From a virus (Duplodnaviria > Caudoviricetes): a stretch of DNA of 34,978 bases. The translations under genes were made by a program, and so were the position numbers. Numbering within the stretch: position 1 is the stretch's first letter; every line of letters begins with the position of its first letter. The notes beneath the pieces are model-generated. The model searched no databases and was not told where the DNA came from. It saw only the letters and a program-made list of their open reading frames with translations. Below, in pieces: positions 34,738-34,978 of the stretch. The stretch covers positions 1 through 34,978 of IMG/VR virus record IMGVR_UViG_3300025124_000022, one strand, 5' to 3'.

Positions 34738-34978
34738 GAGCCTGTCGGACTTGCCCCATCCCCCTATTGGGGGAGCGCTAAACCGTCGTCGATTGTCGTA
34801 CCCGAGTCGGCGAGCAGGGCTGAGTGAACGGGGGGCTGTTTTGTGCGCGATTGAGGGGCTGAAACGGCGTTGCCCCGTGGACAGCAAGCCTTATTCAGGC
34901 CATGCGCAGCACATTCATCCGTTTCAGGTTCCAGGCCAACGCCACCAGGATCCATTCGCCACTGACCTTCGCCAGGCC
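34738..34978 (-). mobile_element. IS1182-family insertion sequence, right end
   Basis: Terminal GAGCCTGTCGGACTT after CTAG; transposase C-terminus on the - strand. Confidence 0.8.
34895..34978 (-). CDS. Transposase C-terminus (partial)
   Basis: GLAKVSGEWILVALAWNLKRMNVLRMA-stop, a typical IS1182-family ending. Confidence 0.8.
   Translation of the reverse strand, partial: GLAKVSGEWILVALAWNLKRMNVLRMA

Noticed and set aside
1-34978. CRISPR array, DGR/retron reverse transcriptase, integrase, tRNA genes
   Set aside because: No repeat-spacer array, RT motifs, recombinase or cloverleaf seen by eye.

Overview
The window is one segment of a temperate tailed (pro)phage, probably from a Proteobacterium (about 60% GC). 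Positions 1-20350 (- strand) are the packaging and head module: TerS, GpA-type TerL, portal, MuF-like protein, prohead protease, scaffold and the start of the major capsid gene. The capsid N-terminus resembles Herelleviridae capsids. A cargo block sits between MuF and the protease: an InPase-domain protein, a 1372-aa MTase/metallopeptidase/LPD1 polyvalent protein and a ~1730-aa PBECR-RNase/SNF2 polyvalent protein. Positions 20455-26115 (-) hold lambdoid early genes (VRR-NUC, DUF968-like, P-like, O-like with iterons, Cro-like). Positions 26244-34978 (+) hold a repressor, an RDF/Gp3-like protein, an SbcD-like nuclease, two DNA methyltransferases, ssb and a DUF1643 gene broken by a frameshift and an IS1182-like element. 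Best novel candidates: (1) a structured antisense sRNA with its own promoter and U-tract, hidden inside the helicase gene right after its RNase domain (possible intragenic RNA antitoxin); (2) a hydrophobic-strand plus K|A/S targeting and cleavage code shared by head and cargo proteins; (3) a GTCRTGAC-N3-AnnnT late-promoter motif; (4) a GGTACC-N5-GGTACC operator found six times; (5) an overprinted beta-subunit-like ORF in the C5 MTase. All family calls come from recognising motifs by eye; no database searches were run.
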